A stretch of 63,686 nt of DNA, the filler included, from Hyphochytrium catenoides (Eukaryota; Protista; Hyphochytriomycota): NCBI GenBank assembly GCA_900088475.1. It is 11 parts of 11 records of this genome, joined end to end, with 100 filler letters (N's around TTAATTAATTAA, not from the genome) between each part and the next. Parts side by side here need not be neighbours in the genome. Positions count along the whole stretch, not along the records: positions 46,457 to 59,425 come from FLMG01002970.1; positions 59,526 to 61,038 come from FLMG01001756.1; positions 61,139 to 62,432 come from FLMG01002667.1; positions 62,533 to 63,686 come from FLMG01001083.1; 7 more parts are not named here. One strand, written 5' to 3'. Below, piece after piece: positions 51,010 to 63,686 of this stretch; position 1 is the first letter of the stretch, and each line of letters starts with the position of its first letter. The position numbers and the translations under genes are program-made. The notes under the pieces are model-generated. The model was not told the DNA's origin, searched no databases, and saw nothing but the letters and a program-made list of their open reading frames with translations.

Positions 51010-52914
51010 AGACCTAAGGTCTCATAGACCTGCATCCTGACTCTATCAAAAACATTTTCAACAGAGTCGACAGCTGGTCTGCAGTCAATGTGAATAGATA
51101 CTGGCTTCTGCGGGTCCGGTTTGCCGCTATAAAAATCTATAACGTAACGCACTTCCTCTCCATTCCGTTCGATAACCCAGTCATGGCGATCGAACGGAGG
51201 AGTGTAGCTGCAGGTGGTTGAACAACGGGCAATGTATGCAAAGAGAAGGTCAAGATTAGAGCCACGCAGACGATGAATAAGTATGGGCATCTATAGAAGC
51301 CAAGGTTCTTCCTCTCTTCGTTCTCTGACACTTACCCGAACCATGTCTTTAGTCTAGCCTTGGGACTCAGCTCTGTGGGCTTACCCATAAAGCGAACTAG
51401 CCGTGGGGTCTCGCCACCTCTATCATCATAAAGCGTAAGTAAAGGATGAGAAAGATCTTCCCAAGCCACGTGCACTGAGTTATCACAAAGCGTAAGTGAA
51501 GGATGGGAAAAGATTAAGACAGAAAAAGAGTGAGATACCATCCTCACTCCATGCTAGGGTGTATCCCGCGACTCCTTAAAAAAATCAGCGAGAAACTATG
51601 CAAGAGAGAGGGAATCGACGGACCAGCATAGCCTTGGGACAAGAGATAACGATAACAGCGAAAAGAGAGAGAGAAATGTCGCGCCTTACTCTCTAGGGTG
51701 GAATGCTTCCCATTTCAAAATCTCTGACCAGCCTTTCTCATTGACAACGTTGTGTATAGCCAGGACGAAGGGTACATCCTCCTCCTTTGGGTTCCAGCCC
51801 TTCCGCTGATGGTGTTGTCAAGAGCAACCACCAACCACCATAATGGATGACAAGGAGCAGCATAACAGTGCAGCGAGAGCAAGAGTGCAGCGAGAGCAAG
51901 AGTGTTTTAGCTATTCTGTAGACGCAATACTGGTTGAGGACAAGTAGACAAAGACCGCTACAAAAGCACCCGAATGGAAGAGACATTCTAACAGACTGAA
52001 AGCTGGTGATTTTGGAAGGATGTGACTTCCTTTCTCAATAACAGAGGAATGGGACAACATTGCTGGAAGGTGCGCGAAGAGTCGTAAGAAGAGGCGAGGA
52101 ACAGAGATGATCACAGCGGTTAAGAAACAGCGTCAAACAGACGACAGATATGGCGGTAGACTTTCAGTAGCAGAATCTAGGCAAAGGACGGCGATCAATG
52201 ACGGTGCTCAAAGGTAAGCAAGGCTGGCGTCTACCTTCATTGCGTTGTAATACTGCTGCTCTGAGGGATAAGTCCAAGTGGGTGCATCCGTGGGCTGATG
52301 CGCTGGCCTGTACTCTCCCATTGGGATGGAAGAAGCTTCACGATCTGTGGAGAGAGGACGACGTTGACCAGGAAGTGGGAGCTGAGACAGCTGGGGCATC
52401 ATGTTCAAAGGGTTGACATCCGTCCCTGCTTGATTCAGCGGGGAAGGACAGCTGGAGCCGTTCATTCCTCGTTCGTGACTCACGGGGCAACCAGTACCTT
52501 CTGGCGCTTGAGCTTGGCTCTGGGAGGTTGTTGCCGAAGCGGAGCTTCCGTGATCTACCGGGCAGCCTGAGAGTCTATTTCAGTCCAAATGGATCTATGG
52601 AAAGGACTGAAGCTGGAAGGAGTTGTCCTTGTATTTACGAGGCAGCAGGACGGGATGAAAGAGGAGAGGAAGCGGCAGGGGACAAAGAGAGGCGAGCGGG
52701 TAAAGAGACCTAAGAAAGAGAGGCAGAACCCTCTAATCCAAATGAAGAAAGAAAGGACAGATACGCAAATTACGAGCTCTCAAACAAAGAGAAACTTAGC
52801 CCGACTAAAGACAACCGCCGGAAACCAGTGCTCTCCCGGTAATGATGTACCTGATTGACCCTTTTGTCCAACATCGGGCGGAGTGCCTGTTGCTGTTCCT
52901 TGCACTTGGCCCAT
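51010..52914 (-). CDS. HCCS: Holocytochrome c synthase (cytochrome c heme lyase), multi-exon
   Basis: MGQ start, CPV heme-regulatory motifs, LSTDREASSIP, WTYPSEQQYYNAMKRKGW, IHNVVNEKGW, FMGKPTELSPKAR, PFDRHDWVIERNGEEVRYVIDFY and IDCRPAVDS. The stop lies in a short N gap. Confidence 0.95.
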
Positions 52915-53211
52915 TTCTTCGCAGAAGCCACCACTCTATGAAAGGCTCTATTATTCTCAACGTCTGGCGGTGTCTTGATCTCTTCAAAGACCTCTGATTC
53001 TTGCTTGTTCCTGAAAGTCTTCTGAGAGGCGATCGCGTTTACTCGTCTTGTCGTACAATCTGTCGCTCCTGCTCCAACTCTCTTGTGTCTGCCGATGCGG
53101 TGTATCTCTCTTCTGCTCTTCCTCCTTACAGACTCTTCACAGTTCTTAGCAGAGATACTCCTTTCTTCAAATCGACCCGTTGATCTCTTTCTTTATAACC
53201 GGTTGGCGATC

Positions 53212-53625
53212 ATGGACGTGACGTTTGCTCCTCGAGGGGCAAGCGGCACGGCTTCGAAAGACTGCAATGTGTGCGCGCGCCATCAGCTTTCCACTCAGCG
53301 GCGTGAGGAGGAACCGATGATGTTGTTGATGAGAATCAGCTTTACATTCCGGATAGGGGCTAGCCCTATTTAGATTGCGTGGGAGCTGTATTGACTGGTG
53401 GATACAGTAGTTGTCCGTTAAAACAGCACAAGAAGTAGATGGTACAGCCTTATTGTTCGATGTTGTACGAGGTAGATCGCATTATTCCGAATATCTGCGG
53501 CAGAATGGTTTTGGAGTGCCACTGTATCAAGAGCCTAAAATAAAGTATGCACCTGTCTGGTGCGGTGTTGTAGTAGTATTCTGTACAGGCGTTGGACAAA
53601 TCGGCTCTGGTCTTTCGCTCTCTCC

Positions 53626-53662
<37 letters not shown>

Positions 53663-53836
53663 GTCTCTGTCTCTCTGTNNNNNNNNNNNNNNNNNNNNNN
53701 NNNNNNNNNNNNNNNNNNNNNNNNNNNNCTCTCTCTCTCTCTCTCTCTCTTCTCTCCCTCCCGTCTCTCGCTCTCTCTCTCCCTCTCTTCCTTTCTCCCT
53801 CATTCATTCTCCCCCTCTCTTTCTCCTTCTTCTCTC

Positions 53837-53868
<32 letters not shown>

Positions 53869-54557
53869 CCTCTCTGTGTCTCTCTCTCTGTCCGATGTCC
53901 TCTCTCCATTCTTACACTTTTCCTCCTTGCTTATAGAACCGTTTATCTCGGTGCATCTTGTCTGCTCTCCTCTGTATCAGCACCATCTGGCAAACCTTGG
54001 AGCTTTGGCACCATCCTGCGTCTTCCCGACACTTTCCTTTCCCTGTAGACCTCATCTCTATCTGCTCCCTCTCCGTCAAACAAGTTCTGGAGAAGAACCT
54101 CAAGCCGGGAAAAGAAGGGGACATCCACGTCTTCTTCTGCATAGAAAGGCACGCTGGAGGAAGGGTAAGACGTCAAGAGAGAAGAAGTCATTAGAGAAGT
54201 CAAGGGAAAAGCAACAGCGAGGCGAGACGGCAACAAACAAGGCCTCGGACAGCTTGTGGAAGGGAATTAGACGATGAAAGCAGGTGAGATCCTTGGACGA
54301 GGGACAACCAAGGTGCATTATTCTCCTCTCGGCGTGGTGGAAGGCTTCTCGGACTCTTCAAGAGCTGAAGCGGATGTGTTCATGAACAGTCCGGCAGCTT
54401 CCTCTGTGCAGCATCAGGTCCTCTTCTTTCTTTAGTTAGCTACCGAACGCCTCAGCTTTTCTCTCTGTCTATGTCGCCATTTACTTTGAATTTTTAGTTG
54501 TATATCTATATCCAGGAGGAGTGGGCCAGCCTTTGTCTATCTTCTCGCAGTGAATGA
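53212..54557 (+). CDS. Small hypothetical protein (~110 aa), multi-exon
   Basis: Phase-consistent chain MDVTFAPRG|LSVKTAQ..EPKIK|TVYL|DLISICSLSVKQVLEKNLKPGKEGDIHVFFCIERHAGGR|EEWASLCLSSRSE*. It requires one GC donor and a micro-exon. Confidence 0.45.
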
Positions 54558-55624
54558 CGTGGGCAGATAACCACTCCGCGTCTGCGCCACTTCCTCCTCA
54601 ATCCTCTCGTCCATAACGGCCGAAGTTCTGTGTCTCTTTCAATACTTAGCTGGCTTTTAAGTGGCCAGTTTGTGCCGTCTCTCCTCATCCTTATCTTATC
54701 ACGTTTGAAGAGCTACATTGTGTGTCACAATGTGTATCTGCCCATTTCTATTGCTCTCGTGTCCTTAACGTGGGCTGTCTCGCGGTATCTAACCTTCAGA
54801 GCTCTTCGTCATTCACAAATCAGGTAAACGGCGCTAGTTCCCCAGGAGAAACGGCCCGAAAAGGGCAGGTAGAGGCTTCCGCTCCTCAGAAGGAGGGAAG
54901 GGACGGACCATCTCCTTCTCAGGCAGGTTTCAAGCCCTAGCAGGGTGCAGTTTGCTTGCCTACGGGATGGATCCTGTCACTCTTTTTGCCCTTGGTCTTC
55001 ACCTCTGCCCTCGCCTTGTCAACCCTGCCTCTTCGGTGTATTCTACACAGAATCTCCAACTTTCTAGTAAACTCTGAGCCTATCGTCGCCTACCGATACT
55101 GACCGAGCTGCATTTGCGGGATGACTTATCCAACTGTGTGGTCCTGCGCTTTAGGCAAGTGACATTCTTCCGCGGCCTTCGAGTTCACGAAGTGTCACAA
55201 CGAAGAGAGCCATGTCCAGCCTGCGTTCTCCTTACCCACAGGAGCCCGGTGAGAGTGCGGCCTCTCCACTCTCCGATCTGTCTTCTATCGATGACTTGGA
55301 CACGCCAAAGAACTTCCGAAGGAGGAAAGGGCAGAGTGGGCGGTCCACCAATGCTAGGTTGACGCCGACAGTCACCAAGTAAGAAAATAAAGATGGACAA
55401 TGGGGTAATCCTGATAGAAATGCCATGCAGAAGCGGGAGCGTTTTGGAATGGGGAAGATGTAGAACTGCACAGAAGGGTGGTGCCAACGAGAAAGTCACG
55501 GTGCAATTAGAAACTACGGGGGTTATACGTTGGAGACGGGTGCAGATGGCTCAAGGAAGTGAGAGCTTAGTCTAAGGCGCACCTGGCGATTTCTCCCTCT
55601 CTTCTTCTGATAACACCCTTCGCA

Positions 55625-58231
55625 GAGGAGTCTTTGAAGCTTTAAAGCCCATTGAGAGTCTGGCATCTGAAGTAAAAGGAGCACTGGTCGTTACAGGGTA
55701 AGTTGATGTGATCGGAAAAGCCGGCAGCGGTCACCGGATGTGGTTCCTACCCTTCATCTTTCACACCTCCATCACTTTTGGGTCTTTGGTGATCTTTCAG
55801 TAGACTCCATCAGCTCCATATACTTCTTACACTTCACGAGGATTTATACGTCCACCTTCGCATTGCTGCAGGGTTGCAGCGACAGTCGGTTTGCTCTACT
55901 GGTTCCAGGCAGTTCTGGTGCCTTTCTTCCTTGCAGTATTTCTAATGTAAGTAGGTCGTCCTTGGCCTGTACCCCTTTTACATACATTGATGTGGCATCT
56001 AAACCACTGCACGACCACCTCAGGCATACTACCGTCACCCTTGCATTGCTATTAATTGCACATTGGTGATCTGTGGATGAGTGCTTAATTTTTTCCCCTC
56101 TGCTATCTAGCTCACAATGCTCTTGCTTGGCTGTTCATCAGCAAGGTTGCTTTCCCCAACCAGCCTTCTTAGAGTTGTGCCTCTGTCCCTCTGCATCATG
56201 GCGCTGTGTCCTCCCCGAATAGAGAGTCAGCTTGTGGAGGGTTACTTGTTAATCTAATTGTGCTCTTGCTCATCTTCTCTCTTCCGCCTTGAACCTCCTA
56301 CCTATTTTTTAGGTACCTAGTGGATCCATTGGTGAACTTGCTAGACCTCGCACCAAATTACTGTTGTCTGCGATGCCGCAACCCGTTCTCCAAGGGCTCT
56401 TGTTGTTGCGTTGGATATCGACGAAGAAACCCAAGATACAGAGGGTGCAATAGGCCTCTTGCTTCTCTTCTGGCGGTTGGCATTGTGCTAGGCTTCTTTT
56501 TCCTTGTCGGGTAAGCTACATCTGGGAAAAGTGGCGACACTTCCAAGAGGTTTCATTTTATTATGCCCTTGCTTTGTCTTCTTCAGTTGCGGCACTGTCG
56601 CTGGGCGGTGTCCGCCTTTGACTGAAGCATCTCTTGTAACGGTCTTCCTCTCGTTGCAGCTATGTAACAGTTCTCCAAGTAAACGAGTTAAACATCGAGG
56701 ACTACAAGTCTGGCTACGCTCAACTGGTTCAACAAATTGAGGCCGTAGGGGCGTCTATGGGCCTGCAGATCAATATATCCACTACTTTGGCGGACAACAC
56801 GAACATGCTTATCAACACCATCTTCACGGATATTCTCTCTGTCTTGGAGACAATGTTCGTAACTACCATCTACCTCACGTATTTCCTCTGTACGAGAGCA
56901 AGACCAGGGGATGCTGGTGGAGTGTGGAGTAAGATAGATAGAGATATACAGCGATTTGTCACGTTGAAAGCATATCTGTCGCTGGTGATTGCTATCATGG
57001 TCACGTTATGCTATATGTGGCTGCACGTGGGCCTCGCAGTAGTGTGGGGCATCGTGACCTTCATCCTAAACTGGTAGGAAACAATTCATGTTCCGTTTAA
57101 GGGCTCTCTGGCCTTTCTCTCTGCCATCTGGCTACCGTTTCTCTCTGCTATCCGGCTACCGTTTCTCTCTGCTATTCGGCTACCATTTTAAGCTTCTGAA
57201 CTTAGCTCTAGTAACATTGTATCGGCCTCCTCCTCTAGACCTTTACTCTTAGCCTTAGTTTCTCAGCACTTTTAATCCGCTGCTCTCATGGTAACACTCT
57301 CTGCTGCCTCTGCAGGATCCCGAACATTGGAGCCATGATTGCGTCCTTTCTCCCTATTGGGATTATAGCTATCAGTCCCAACACCATCATGTCTCCTATG
57401 GATAAGTTTCTAGCTATCGTACTGCCGGTAAGCATTTAGCTGGTCAACAGCTCTTTCAACTTCATGTTTCCCAAATGTCACTTCCCTTCCCTGCGGGCCC
57501 ACTTGTCTGGCTTTCTCTGTCTTTGTCTTGGGCTCCTAAAGGTGTGTCAGCGTGCACAATGGTCCATCCTCTTTATAGTCAATAGTTGTGCTGACCTTGT
57601 TGTTGCTAACATCCAGGTTATGATTCATTTTGTCAACGGTAACATTGTGGAGCCCAAGGTATTCGGCCAAAGACTTGAGATGGACCCTGTTGTCGTGATT
57701 CTCTCTTTGTCGGCATGGGGACTAATTTGGGGTGTGGTCGGAATGATGCTTTCTGTGCCCTTAACCGCCGGCTTCAAGATCATGCTTGAACATGTAAGGA
57801 CGTTGCACATAAGGCGAATGGACGCTTGCACTGAATGTGATGGGCTTATCGTTGTCAGTCCTAGCCCTGCTGCTGTTATTCCCTCCTTATATAAAGCTTC
57901 ATCTGTTGCTTTGTAGTTGAAAATTTATTGCTCCCTTCTTTGTACGATGGCTGATAGTCCTCTCCGTCCGCCCACTCTCCCTAAGCTTCGCTTATGGCCG
58001 ATGGTCGTTGCCATCCTGGAAGGTCGCTTCTTTGACAGCGACTTATGGGGATCCCGAACAGAGAGCTACAAAGACGACATGGAGTACTCCTCGCTAGTCC
58101 AGGATTCTCCGTCCATTCCCCCCGCCAAACCGCTCTCACATTTTCCTGATGTAGACATCGCTCACGGATTGGATTTGCCATCCAAATATGCCAAGAAAGG
58201 CGTCCTAGATCCGATGACTACGAACCTTTGA
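55625..58231 (+). CDS. AI-2E (UPF0118/PerM, TqsA/YhhT-like) family transporter, multi-exon; 5' end unresolved
   Basis: Motifs LYWFQAVLVPFFLAVFLMYLVDPLVNLL, VWGIVTFILNWIPNIGAMIASFLP and GNIVEPKVFGQRLEMDPVVVILSLSAWGLIWGVVGMMLSVPLTAGFKI. Confidence 0.88.
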
Positions 58232-58523
58232 CAATGGTTTCCATTAGATTCCTCCTCCATACCATTGTTGCTATTTATTCATGATCAAAACAACTATAAA
58301 TTGAGTCTTACAGAAGAGAAAGCTCTTTGCTGGTTTCTCACTAGGCCTCCTGCCACCATTGTGGTGCCACCTTTGCGTTACCTCTTATCTTGGATAAATG
58401 ACCTTCCGTGCATGGCACTGCACCCTTCGCTCACCTGGATATACCCCAAGAGTTCCTTGTGAATGATGACTTGATAATGAAGTTCATCAGGCAGCGCCAT
58501 CAAGCTCTTTCTCGCGCTGTCAT

Positions 58524-59350
58524 ATGAAGAGAGTGCAGACTCTCCGACAGCAAAAGGCAAAAGCTATACTTTCCCTTGACATTGCCCAACCTGCAGAATG
58601 GTTGTACGAGCTGATCTGGCCACAATCTGGTCGCTCCCGAGCTTTCTACAGTACCTATGGAGCTGAAACTCTGCAGATGAGGGTATTTTCGCATCCTGAA
58701 TCCAGTGAAACAGTTCCCTTTNNNNNNNNNNNNNNNNNNNNNNNNNNNNNNNNNNNNNNNNNNNNNNNNNNNNNNNNNNNNNNNNNNNNNNNNNNNNNCC
58801 GCGACGAAGCCCTCAAAGACCTCATTCTGGAGCGCATCGCTTAAACAGGGAAAGCCCTATGTTCAGTGTGAAAGCTCCAAATCCTCAAGTCTACTGGGAT
58901 AGGTCCCGCAATAAGTGGCGAACCCATGTGAAGTTCTATTCTAAACATGGTGTTTAAGGGCGTTATGAAAAGGAGCTCATGGTTCTCATCCGAAAGGGAC
59001 GCCACAGCTGCTATACCGGCGTTCACCCAAGGTCTTGACCCCAAAGCATTACTAGAAGTCCTCCCGAGTGCTGCTGCTCCTCTGCAGGCACAGCAAGTCG
59101 CTGCCACGACTATGATAAAGAAAGCTCCAGCGACTGAGAAGAACGCCTTTAAACGTTTGAGGAGGATCACGAAGTGGAACATCAAGCTATGTGACTGCCA
59201 AACTCACAAGGAACTGAAGGATATAAGGAAAATGGAGGATTTGAAGCGGCTACCAAGCTACGCTTAGACGGAGAGTTTGAAGCATTACGACGTACCTTCC
59301 CCCTGCAGAAGAGAGGTCATTGGCCCATATCGCAAGAAGGGCCGATGAGC
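58524..59350 (+). pseudogene. Stop-interrupted reading frame, possibly a decayed transposon gag-like sequence
   Basis: ORFs 58524-58844 and 58947-59267 are in the same frame, separated only by in-frame stops, with no evident splice signals. AIPAFTQGL is reminiscent of gag FxxGL. Confidence 0.3.
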
Positions 59351-60199
59351 GCTCGCTGAGCGAGCATTGGTGCTACCTGATACAAGCCAGAAAATGGCTA
59401 AGCACGTAGAAGAAGGTACGCATAGNNNNNNNNNNNNNNNNNNNNNNNNNNNNNNNNNNNNNNNNNNNNTTAATTAATTAANNNNNNNNNNNNNNNNNNN
59501 NNNNNNNNNNNNNNNNNNNNNNNNNTCGTCTGTCGCTGCGTCATCTCAGATTCTCCTTCTCTTTGACCATCATCCACCCCTTGTCGCCACGGTTGCTTGC
59601 CTTTCTAACATCCCGACATCTCTCTCTCTCTCTCTCTCTTTCTCTATGTCTCTCTCTCTCTCTCTCTCTCTATCTCAATCAACCCGTTTCACAACATCTC
59701 AGTGCTTTATTTCTGGCGCCATCTCTCTCCTTAAAGCCGTTTTTCTTTTCACCTTCTATAGTCTCTCTCAGCTCCTTTCCTTACTTGTAGTCTCCTCTTT
59801 CTCTCTTACGACCTATGCATCTCTTTCTGTCTCTTTCTCTTGCTTTTTTCTCTCTTTTCTCTCGCGTCAAGAAAGTGTTCAAACTGACTTTCTCTCCCGC
59901 TTTATGCAGAGTCAGCCTTTTCTTTTATCTCGCCTTCCACAAGCGCGGGACAGGGTGAGGAAGAAAAAGATGCACAAGAGAGAGGAGAAGATTCTACACT
60001 TGTTGACCTCCTTAGCGGCGTTACGCTGCTCAGTGAGACCAAGGAGATAACGCAGTCTTCTCCTATGGGTATGCAATGTCCCTCTCTTCTTCCTATCTCA
60101 TCCAGTCTCACTTACTCCCTCTCTCTATATATCTACCTCACTCTCTCTTTCTCTCCCTTTATCCTTCTCTCTCGCGGTGTCTTTCTTTCTCTCTGTCTG

Positions 60200-60265
60200 T
60201 GTCTCTCTTTCTCTCTCTTTCTCTCTCTCTCTTTCCTTCTCTCTCTCTCTTTTTACTTCTCTCTC

Positions 60266-60331
<66 letters not shown>

Positions 60332-60500
60332 ACCTCCCTTCTCGTTGCTTGCCAAACTCTACTTTATTGGGTCCTTCTTGGTCTTCCTGGTTATGAGTCT
60401 TTTTCGAAGCCATCACTACGGTGTTTCTCCCACCAGAGCGTTCTTAGTCGCTCTCTCTCTCTCTCTCTCCCTCTCTCTCTCTCTCTCTCACACACACATT
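60200..60500. repeat. (CT)n microsatellite tract; one of many in 30.5-47 kb, 53.6-53.9 kb and 59.5-63.7 kb
   Basis: Direct reading of the sequence. Confidence 0.9.
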
Positions 60501-60533
60501 CTTTCTCTTTGTCTCTCTCTGTTCCTCGTTATA

Positions 60534-60610
60534 GATCAATTGCAGCTGTCACCTTCTCCTCATTTACCTCCTGCTGACTTCGAAAAACTTTGGGTCGGCA
60601 CTGCAGCTTT
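60534..60610 (+). CDS. Isolated exon, possibly adaptin appendage-like
   Basis: tag|..|gtaagt-bounded exon DQLQLSPSPHLPPADFEKLWVGTAAL within a CT-rich intron context. Confidence 0.3.
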
Positions 60611-62533
60611 GTAAGTGGGGCCAATTGTTGAGAGAGTGTGAGGGTTTGTGTGAGAGAGAAAGGGGAGAGAGAGAGAGAGAGAGAGATGGGGAAAGAGAGA
60701 GAGCGAGAGGAAGACAGACAGACAGAGAGAGAGAGAGAGACAGAGAGACAGAGGGATCACGCAGACACAGGTGGGGCAGGAGGCTAAACATAGTCGGGAG
60801 TCGCGAGAGAGTATACCAAACGAAAGAGAGAGAGTGAAAGAGAGTGACAACAAAGACCGAGAGAGAAACACGCGTGTCTCCTGCCTTCTGACTCGCTTCT
60901 CTCTTCTGTTTTGTCCTGATATGCAACTTCTTCACCGCCACCTCTTGGGCCTCTCATCGCCCTCTTTCACTACTACACTCTCTCCCTTCCTCTCCAACCC
61001 AACCCCAATCTTCCTTCTTTGTCTCTCTCTCTCTCTCTNNNNNNNNNNNNNNNNNNNNNNNNNNNNNNNNNNNNNNNNNNNNTTAATTAATTAANNNNNN
61101 NNNNNNNNNNNNNNNNNNNNNNNNNNNNNNNNNNNNNNTTGGACTAAGTTAGCCCCAGTTATAGCTTAGTCCGACAGAACATATACATGCAAATATATAA
61201 GGAGAATAAGGTAAATTGACTCCATTTTGACAACGGGGGGGACATCAATGCAGTGAGTGTTAATAGCTGTGTTAATGCTGTCCACTGGGTGAAATACACC
61301 ATAATTGATCTTTTTTCACTGTCAAAGTGCTTACAACATGTCAATAAAGAGGTATTGAGCTTTCAAGGTGGCCCAAAAGATCTGTATGAGCTTCGACTAC
61401 TCAGAAACAAGCCAAAAGTCGAAGAGCGAGAGAGAGATGGAGGCAGGAATGGAGCAAGAAAAATGGTGATGAAGAGGCAAGAGAGAGGCAGAGACGAGAA
61501 GAGACAGGGTGACCACTTGGAGAATAGGTACCAAGAAGTGGTAGAGTTATCTATCTTGCAAACTACTGTAAGGTTTATTGGACAAGACAGAGGAAGAAGA
61601 AGAGGTGACGAAACTATGATCCTTCCCGCAGGTGAAGCAGTGCTGATCCTTCAGTTCTGTACACTAGCCGGGCCATGACCACAATAAGACCAAGAAGCAG
61701 GTAAACTCCCGATCGTTTTGACGGAAGTTGAATAGAGGTACAAAACAAAAGCACTTGGGCTCAGTCAAGATGATCCACCAGGGAAGAAAGGCAAATTTTC
61801 AGGCTGATGAGTGGCTTTTTGTGCAATGTGTACCTGACACTGTAGCACGACAAGGCCATACATACACTGCGTGAAGGACATACCACGGACATTAATGCTC
61901 CAGCAACTTCCGACCCTCCAGCCACTCTAAAGATACAATGCCATGATCAGCCAGCACATCCAAGTCCAAAGAGAAACTGGCTAGTCCTGCTAAGAAGAGA
62001 GAGGTTCGGTGCGTGAAGGAGCCAATGGCTTTCAAAGTAGAGGTGAGAGGAGCAGCGAGATGATGAGCTGGTTGTGCTAGGCTCTCTTCTCTCTGTAACA
62101 TGTGGTGTTCAAAGGACAGCGTCACCTCTGATACAGCCATCCGAAAAAAGAAATATCCATCCCAAAGTAGACTTGGAAATTATGACTATAGACTGCTTCA
62201 ATGCACTAGAAGGACCCGAATATAGGTACTCAGTACGACTATAAGCGATGGGTCTGCTGAAATGTGTCCTCATTCCTGGTTCGTCCTTCAGTAGCACATT
62301 TTCCCTTCTTCTGATGTGACAGCCAGGCCCAAATGTGGTCCGAACCCCCAAGATAAACACTGGACAACCCAGATCTTACCTCCTTTCTTAACTTTCGGAC
62401 GATGGCATCAGAGCCAAAAGGAAAATGAACACNNNNNNNNNNNNNNNNNNNNNNNNNNNNNNNNNNNNNNNNNNNNTTAATTAATTAANNNNNNNNNNNN
62501 NNNNNNNNNNNNNNNNNNNNNNNNNNNNNNNNC

Positions 62534-62726
62534 TGGAAAGTAAGGCAATCCTTCGGTTGGCCTTTGTAGCAGGAAAAGGACTTGCAGGGAGAGGATTGAG
62601 AAGAGAGAGAAGAAAGAGACTTTGTGGGCACACAGGGCTCAGTGCAGTCCCAGCCTGAAGAGCCTCGCGGGTTGGGCTTGTAGGTAATACTGACGTGGTC
62701 TGAACAATTAGGCAGAGAGAGAGAGG

Positions 62727-62808
<82 letters not shown>

Positions 62809-63451
62809 ACGAGAGAGAGAAAGCACGAGAGAGAAAGCACGAGAGAGAGAAAGCACGAGAGAGAGAAAGCACGAGAGAGAGAAAGCACGAGAGAGACAGC
62901 GAGAAAGCACGAGAGAGACAGAGTTAGTAACAGAGCTGTGGATATGTGCAGATGGGAAAGAGACAGGAGCAAATCCGAAGAGAAGAGCGACAGCGCACAC
63001 AGGACGAGGAAGACAGACAGACAGAGAAAGGCAAACAGCTAAAGAAGGGGAAAGAGCGAAGAGACAAATACGTGCGAAGGGAGAAGAGACAGGGCGAGCG
63101 AGAGAGAGAGAGAGAGAGAGACACACATACAAACAGGGAGAGGAAATAGATGGAAGAGACAAAAAGAGAAAGGGACATAGAGAAACGACAGAGAGTGACA
63201 CAGAGAAAACACAGAGAGTGACACAGAGAGAGAGTGGGGGGGAGAGAGAGAGAGAGAGAGAGAAAGAAGGAGAGAGGGAGCGTTAGAGATATAACGAGAG
63301 AGAGAGAGAGAGAGAGATAGGTAGTCTTACCTGGGGGGCATATCGCGCTTTTGTCATAGAAAGGCGCGGCAAACTCTGCAGTGAAGTCCAAACTGCCATA
63401 ATAAGTTCCTGGTAACTCGCGACTGCCGCAGAGATTGGGGACATCGAACAC
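62534..63451 (-). CDS. Two internal exons of a Cys-rich hypothetical protein
   Basis: VFDVPNLCGSRELPGTYYGSLDFTAEFAAPFYDKSAICPP joins in phase 1 to DHVSITYKPNPRGSSGWDCTEPCVP..CKSFSCYKGQPKDC across a (CT)n intron. Confidence 0.55.
62716..62920. repeat. (GA)n microsatellite followed by a compound AAAGCAC(GA)n minisatellite (~7 units)
   Basis: Direct reading of the sequence. Confidence 0.9.
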
Positions 63452-63686
63452 CTGCTGCAGACTGCAGAGCGAGGGAGAGAAAGAGAGAAAGATAGGCTGA
63501 GTAAGAGTGATCTATAGACAAGGAGGAGAGAGAAAATTGTAGAGGGAGAGAGCCCCAGACGGAGAGGAAATGAGGGAGGGTAGAGTACAGACCAATAAGA
63601 GAAAGACAGAGAGAGAGAGACTGTGCGTGTGTTTTGTGTGGAAAGAGAGAGAGAGAAAAGGAGAGAGAGAGAGAGAGAGAGAGAGA

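Overview
This is a gene-dense, intron-rich eukaryotic scaffold, most likely from a flagellated stramenopile (it encodes a CFAP221 central-pair protein and mastigoneme-type EGF modules). It is not prokaryotic. It is stitched from about 11 contigs joined by N-padded TTAATTAATTAA linkers, so adjacency across gaps is not guaranteed. Most ORF-track entries are exon fragments, antisense shadows or (GA/CT)n microsatellite artefacts. Manual splicing gives these genes: a large secreted EGF + 34-aa beta-repeat protein, a TPR protein, CFAP221, a FAM135-like lipase, an enoyl-CoA hydratase, an NSD-like SET methyltransferase, an LRR/EF-hand/bacterial-type methyltransferase fusion, GINS4 (Sld5) and DCAF4-like fragments, a TKL kinase, a prokaryote-type TM1410/MJ1477 glycoside hydrolase, an IFT54-CH-domain chimera, an intronless duplicated multipass membrane protein, holocytochrome c synthase and an AI-2E transporter. 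The three most notable items are the mastigoneme-EGF protein with a viral-fibre-like shaft, the LRR-EF-hand-MTase fusion and the TM1410-like HGT candidate. All family calls come from motif recognition, not from database searches.
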